Source: Candidatus Dormiibacterota bacterium
Lineage (GTDB): Bacteria; Chloroflexota; Dormibacteria; Aeolococcales; Aeolococcaceae
NCBI GenBank assembly: GCA_041691155.1
Contig: JBEPVD010000003.1
Location: 16,456 to 80,455 of the forward strand
DNA: 64,000 nt
Reading direction: 5' to 3'
Below are positions 59,827 to 64,000 of the stretch, one piece after another (the stretch's first letter is position 1; each line of letters starts with the position of its first letter). The notes below the pieces were generated by a model. It did no database searches. It saw nothing but the letters and a program-made list of their open reading frames with translations, and was not told the DNA's origin. The translations under genes and the position numbers were made by a program.

Positions 59827-62157
59827 TCAGTTGAGGGGAATCACGACCGGCGGCGGAACGGTGACCGCGGTGGCGTTCGCCGAGACGGTCAGCGCCGCGT
59901 CGATCTTCCATATCGTCACGTCGATGACGTACAGCTTCCGTTGACTGGTGTCGAGTACGTACGCGTGCGCATCGTCGGGCGCGAGCGCAATCCCATCCGG
60001 TCGCACGCCCACCGACAGCGACTTGGTGGTCGCCAGTGTCACCGGATCGATCACCAGCAGCGCGGCACCGGAGTTGTCGATAGCGATGATCGTTCCCGCG
60101 TCCGAGGTTTCCACGACGTCGACGAAGTTGCCCGTCTCGCTCACCGTCTTGGTGATCTTGTCGGTGATCGTGTCGAGGGTCTGGAGGCTGTTGTCACCGA
60201 CGACGAGCAGGCTCGTTCCCGCCTGCGGCATCACCAGCCTGCGGAGGCTCGGCACGGCAATCGGCTTTTCGAGCGAATAGTCCGGCAGCTTGATCGGCAC
60301 GATCGCTGACGAATCGGCGCATCCGACGAAGAGCTGGCTCGCGTCAGGCGTGATTGCCAGGTTGGTCGGCCCGCAGGGCAGCGGAATGACGCCCTCGAGC
60401 TTCCAGTTGGTGAGGTCGACCACCGAAATGGTGTTGGTCTGATAGCTGGCCACGAACGCCACGTCGCCAGCCGGCGACAGGGTGAGGTCTCCCGGTCCGG
60501 GGCCGACCGCAATCGGGGCGCTGACTTTCAGTGTCGTCGCGTTGATCGAGGTGAGCGCGCCGGGGTGGACGCCGTCTCCATAACTGAGCACGAGCACCGA
60601 GGAGCCGTCCGCCCTCAGCTTCAGGTCGATGGGCGCCCGGTCGACGGCGATCGGCTTCCCAGCGCTCTGCCCGAAGTAGTTGATGGGCTGAACGGTGTTG
60701 TCGAGCGAGTTGGCAACCCATGTGCTCGCCGAGCCGGTGCCGATGAGCAGGTCTGGGTCGTTGCCGACCGGAATCGTGTGCTCCACCGGGCCCGCCGAGC
60801 TGCCGAGGAAACTGAGGCTGCCCTTCGAGCTCGGATACAGGACCCATGCGACGCCGGCCGCCGCCGGAAGCGCAAGGTCACCTGGCGCATTCGGCAGGCT
60901 GACTCCCGCGGCCGCGACATGCGATTGCAGATGAACCGGAATGAGTTCGTGGTTCAGCGTCGCGGCGACCCAGGCGATGCCGCCGGTGGCGTCGATCGCA
61001 ACACCGGTAGGTGTGCCCGCCAGCGGGACGGTCGCGACCAGGGCCCGTTTCGCAAGATCGACGATGGACAGTGTGCTGCTGGACCGATTGGTGATGACGA
61101 CCGTCTGGCGGTTGGGCGTGAGGCTGTACCCCGTCGGCGCTCTTCCAAGCACGATGGCGGTGCCGGACTTGTGGGTCGCAACGTCCACCGGGATCAACGC
61201 CCCGGGGCGGCTGTTCGCGCCCGGCTCGATGATCCATGCCGTTTTGCCGTCGCTGCTGTAGAAGGCTGACTGGGCCGGGTTCGAGCCCACCTCGACGGGC
61301 GCCCCGTTTCCGGTCGACGGGTTGTAGAAGTAGATGACGCCAGGCTGTCCGGGAGGGGTGGCGGCGCCGACTACCGCCCCCGACCCGGTGGGCGACGGCA
61401 CGTAGTAGGCGACCCCCCGGCTCAAAGGCTGCGCCGGCTCGAGACGATCGGTGGCGGTGTTGATCGGGATGACCGTGCCGCCGAGGTTGTCGGTCACGTA
61501 GAGGGTCGTTCCGTCGGCGGAGATCTGCTCGTCGACCGGGAGTTTGCCCACAGGAATGGACTTGCCGACCGTGCCGCTGACCAGGTCGACCGGAATGACA
61601 TCGCCGTGATTGGTGTCGAGCAGGAACGCCTTGGATCGATCCGGCGTCACGAGGATCGCGGCGGGTGCTCCTGGCAGGGTGACCGTCCGTGTCGACCCGC
61701 CGCCGGTCAATGACTGCATCGCCAGCTGGGCGGGACCCGCATTCACTACCGCCACCTTCTCCTGGGGGAGGGTTGCGAGCGGCAGGGGCGTCGCCGCTCC
61801 GCGGCCGAAGAGGAGGAAGCCCCCTCCGGCGATCACGACGATGAGTACCACCGCCATGCCGATGGCCATCCACTTGTTCTTCGGCATGAGGACCCGCATG
61901 GGGGTGCCCGGTGGCGGAACCGTTCGCGGCGCGAGCGGAGGCGGTGCCGGCGGCGCCACCGGAGGCTGCGCGAACGCGGTCAGGGCCGGAGCGGGGCCGT
62001 GCACGAGCGCCGGCAGTGGGGGCGGCGCCGGCGGCGCGAGGACCGGCGGCTCGGGTACCACGCCCTGGTTCGCCCGACCTTGTTCGCGAATTCGCCAACC
62101 GGTTCCCGAATCGCTCGTCATCGAGGGTCGGTCGGAGGTCCGTGGTTCGTCCGACAT
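59827..62157 (-). CDS. Membrane-anchored YVTN-type beta-propeller repeat protein with a Pro-rich cytoplasmic N-terminus
   Basis: The start is taken at MSDEPRTSD (62157). A Pro-rich segment and a TM (WMAIGMAVVLIVVIAGGGFLLF) are followed by about 600 aa of roughly 40-residue repeats (LYVTDNLGGTVIPI, LYVIDVT...). Confidence 0.6.
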   Translation of the reverse strand: MSDEPRTSDRPSMTSDSGTGWRIREQGRANQGVVPEPPVLAPPAPPPLPALVHGPAPALTAFAQPPVAPPAPPPLAPRTVPPPGTPMRVLMPKNKWMAIGMAVVLIVVIAGGGFLLFGRGAATPLPLATLPQEKVAVVNAGPAQLAMQSLTGGGSTRTVTLPGAPAAILVTPDRSKAFLLDTNHGDVIPVDLVSGTVGKSIPVGKLPVDEQISADGTTLYVTDNLGGTVIPINTATDRLEPAQPLSRGVAYYVPSPTGSGAVVGAATPPGQPGVIYFYNPSTGNGAPVEVGSNPAQSAFYSSDGKTAWIIEPGANSRPGALIPVDVATHKSGTAIVLGRAPTGYSLTPNRQTVVITNRSSSTLSIVDLAKRALVATVPLAGTPTGVAIDATGGIAWVAATLNHELIPVHLQSHVAAAGVSLPNAPGDLALPAAAGVAWVLYPSSKGSLSFLGSSAGPVEHTIPVGNDPDLLIGTGSASTWVANSLDNTVQPINYFGQSAGKPIAVDRAPIDLKLRADGSSVLVLSYGDGVHPGALTSINATTLKVSAPIAVGPGPGDLTLSPAGDVAFVASYQTNTISVVDLTNWKLEGVIPLPCGPTNLAITPDASQLFVGCADSSAIVPIKLPDYSLEKPIAVPSLRRLVMPQAGTSLLVVGDNSLQTLDTITDKITKTVSETGNFVDVVETSDAGTIIAIDNSGAALLVIDPVTLATTKSLSVGVRPDGIALAPDDAHAYVLDTSQRKLYVIDVTIWKIDAALTVSANATAVTVPPPVVIPLN

Positions 62158-62248
62158 CGAGGCCGAAGCTACCCGAGCGTCCGTGCCCCCGATCGGCGGT
62201 ACGCACGATCGTTGCAGCCTCGTATCGAAGGCCGATGCGGCGAGCGGT

Positions 62249-62899
62249 TCAGATTGACCGAGGAGTCCGGAAGTAGCGGGCGGACGAGCGCGTGTAGAGG
62301 AGGACCACCGCGGCCAGCGCCACCAGCCAGAGCGCGATCCCGGCAATCAGATCCGGCATCGCGTAGGCAGCGGCATCCTGGCTGATGCCATTGAGGAGGC
62401 TCAGTGTGGTGATGGCGAAGAACACCGCGAAGCCAGTCCTTCCCCAGCGGTGTGCACGACCGTTCGCCCAGGCCATCCAGAGCCAGACCACCGTCGCCAT
62501 CGTCCCGCCTCCGACCAGCGGCGCGAGGTTGGTCCACACCAATGCCTGCCACTGGGCGGCGGTGAACCCGGGATCAACGCTCAAGATCTCGGACCGCAAC
62601 ATGCCGGCCGTGAGCACCACCGTGATCAAGGTCATCACCTCCACCACCGCGCCGAGGTACATGAGCCGGACGGCGGCGAACACTACCGGCGCCGACCGTG
62701 GCACGCCTGGACGGAGGCGCATCCACAGCGCGTTCCGGACCAGATCCGCGGCCTGCGCGACCCCGGGCCGCCGCTGACCGTCGCGTGCGCTCTCCATGAG
62801 CACGGTCAGCATCTCCTCCTCATATTCGCGGCGGAAAGCTCGTGGGTACCAGGCGAGCGATCGCCGGTAGCGTCGTTCGAGGTCGGCAGCCGCATTCAC
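62249..62899 (-). CDS. Membrane protein cotranscribed with a PadR regulator
   Basis: 216 aa with 4-5 TM segments. It overlaps the padR stop by 4 nt. Confidence 0.5.
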   Translation of the reverse strand: MNAAADLERRYRRSLAWYPRAFRREYEEEMLTVLMESARDGQRRPGVAQAADLVRNALWMRLRPGVPRSAPVVFAAVRLMYLGAVVEVMTLITVVLTAGMLRSEILSVDPGFTAAQWQALVWTNLAPLVGGGTMATVVWLWMAWANGRAHRWGRTGFAVFFAITTLSLLNGISQDAAAYAMPDLIAGIALWLVALAAVVLLYTRSSARYFRTPRSI

Positions 62900-63237
62900 G
62901 AGAGGGCGCCTCCAGGCTGGAGCCGGGCCTGGGCGGCTGACGCGTTGGCGTGCAGCCGCGAGGCCTCAGTGGCGAGCCGCGCTGCGCCGTTCTGCGTGAG
63001 CCGGTAATAGCGGCGAAGCCGGTTGTCGACGATCTCCTCGCGATCGCTCTCGATGAGGCGGTCCGTGCGCAAGCGAGCAAGCGCCGTGTACAGGGTCCCC
63101 GCCTGAAGGCGGACGCGGCCGTCGGAGATCGCCAGCACGTCGATGATGATCCCGTAGCCGTGCTGGCTCCCGGCCGCGAGCGCGGTGAGGATGAGGAAGG
63201 TGGCCTCCTGCATCGCCCGGTCACTCATACGGACCAA
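62896..63237 (-). CDS. PadR-family transcriptional regulator
   Basis: ...FLILTALAAGSQHGYGI...RLQAGTLYTALARL... winged-helix PadR signature. Confidence 0.8.
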   Translation of the reverse strand: MVRMSDRAMQEATFLILTALAAGSQHGYGIIIDVLAISDGRVRLQAGTLYTALARLRTDRLIESDREEIVDNRLRRYYRLTQNGAARLATEASRLHANASAAQARLQPGGALS

Positions 63238-63287
63238 ATATACCGTTGCACTGAGGCTGTCCGCGTCAACAGCGACGGGTCCCCGGG

Positions 63288-63920
63288 TCAGGCGGGCGGG
63301 GCACCCGCGGGCGGCGGCGGCGCCGCTGCGACAGGCGGGGCAGCAGCGGGTGCCGACGGGGTGAAGGACACGGTGGGCGCAGCACGCTCGGAGTCCGCGA
63401 CCGCGAAAAAGGCGAACGGCTGGAAATGCATGATGTTCCCGTAGATGTTGGTCGGGAAGGTCTGCAGCGCGGTGTTGAAATCGCGCACGTTGCCGTTGTA
63501 GAACCGCCTCGAAAACTCCACTTTGTCTTCCGTGGTGGTCAGTTGCTCCTGCAGGTTGAGGAACAACTCCGACGCCTTCAACTGTGGATAGTTCTCTGCG
63601 ACCGCAAGGAGTTGACGCGTGGATCCGGTGAGCGCGTCCTCGGCGCCGGCCATCGCTGACGGGTCGCCTGATTTGGACGCGGCGACGGCGTTGGTACGCG
63701 CCGCGGTGACTGCCTCGAACACGCCACGCTCATGAGCGGCGTATCCCTGCACGGTGTTGACGAGGTTCGGGATCAAGTCATAGCGGCGCTTCAACTCGAC
63801 GTCGATGTCCGACCAGGCCTCCTGCGTCCGGGTGCGCAGCCGGATGAGGTGGTTGAACCGGTAGGCGACGTACAGGACGATGAGAACGACGACGATGAGG
63901 ACGATCAGCAGTGCGGTCAT
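63288..63920 (-). CDS. lemA: LemA-family protein
   Basis: N-terminal TM followed by ...RYDLIPNLV...FYNGNVRDFNT... with a Pro/Ala-rich tail. Confidence 0.8.
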   Translation of the reverse strand: MTALLIVLIVVVLIVLYVAYRFNHLIRLRTRTQEAWSDIDVELKRRYDLIPNLVNTVQGYAAHERGVFEAVTAARTNAVAASKSGDPSAMAGAEDALTGSTRQLLAVAENYPQLKASELFLNLQEQLTTTEDKVEFSRRFYNGNVRDFNTALQTFPTNIYGNIMHFQPFAFFAVADSERAAPTVSFTPSAPAAAPPVAAAPPPPAGAPPA

Positions 63921-63932
63921 GCCTTCAGTGTC

Positions 63933-64000
63933 TCATTCCTCGGGCAGCATCGCTTCCGGGACGCTCACCGCGCGGTAGGGCATATCGCTGATGTCGTAGT
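63933..64000 (-). CDS. 3' end of an upstream minus-strand gene that continues beyond the window
   Basis: The open frame ends ...YDISDMPYRAVSVPEAMLPEE, with its stop at 63933-63935. Confidence 0.2.
   Translation of the reverse strand, partial: YDISDMPYRAVSVPEAMLPEE

Overview
High-GC (about 70%) chromosomal segment with actinobacterial-type gene organisation, tightly packed with housekeeping operons and a few accessory stretches.

Main content, from start to end of the window:
- Two tRNA-Ser genes, (GCU) on the minus strand and (UGA) on the plus strand, bracket a 3.2 kb cassette: a C39-like peptidase, a fumarylacetoacetate hydrolase (FAH) family hydrolase, a DinB-like protein and a DUF4232 lipoprotein.
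- A cluster of proteins carrying a Trp-rich DGxWxWDGxxW (DUF2510-like) motif, including a DUF4328 membrane protein and a duplicated gene fragment with no start codon.
- A secreted G1 (eqolisin) glutamic peptidase.
- A minus-strand super-operon of response regulator, thiOSGE, pstBSCA and a lipoprotein, with a divergent PAS histidine kinase.
- A complete hopanoid biosynthesis operon: polyprenyl synthase, type-2 IPP isomerase, hpnC, hpnD, hpnE, shc, hpnH, hpnA, hpnG.
- A MarR regulator, a CYTH protein and an HNH/DUF222 (REP13E12-like) element preceded by an AT-rich patch.
- serS, lysS, greA, dus, coaX, a ROK kinase, degV, a TetR regulator and a metallophosphoesterase.
- argCJBD-argR-argGH with an ARG-box palindrome and no argF.
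- A GH15 hydrolase and a TPR/acidic protein.
- ParA plus a translationally coupled small ORF, a DUF503 protein and helY.
- A zinc-ribbon ThrC-like gene behind a terminator-containing leader that sequesters its RBS.
- An envelope-quality module: htpX, a membrane-anchored HtrA-like protease, a YVTN beta-propeller protein, a PadR regulator with a membrane partner, and lemA.

Most worth a second look:
- A candidate plus-strand sRNA between greA and dus, with a near-consensus promoter and a strong intrinsic terminator.
- A riboswitch- or attenuator-like leader upstream of the ThrC-like gene.
- A C-rich structured intergenic element between marR and the CYTH gene.
- The ParA gene with its coupled small partner.

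All coordinates come from the supplied ORF track and manual reading. No database searches were possible. In-frame start alternatives were evaluated by hand and the gene starts below are approximate.
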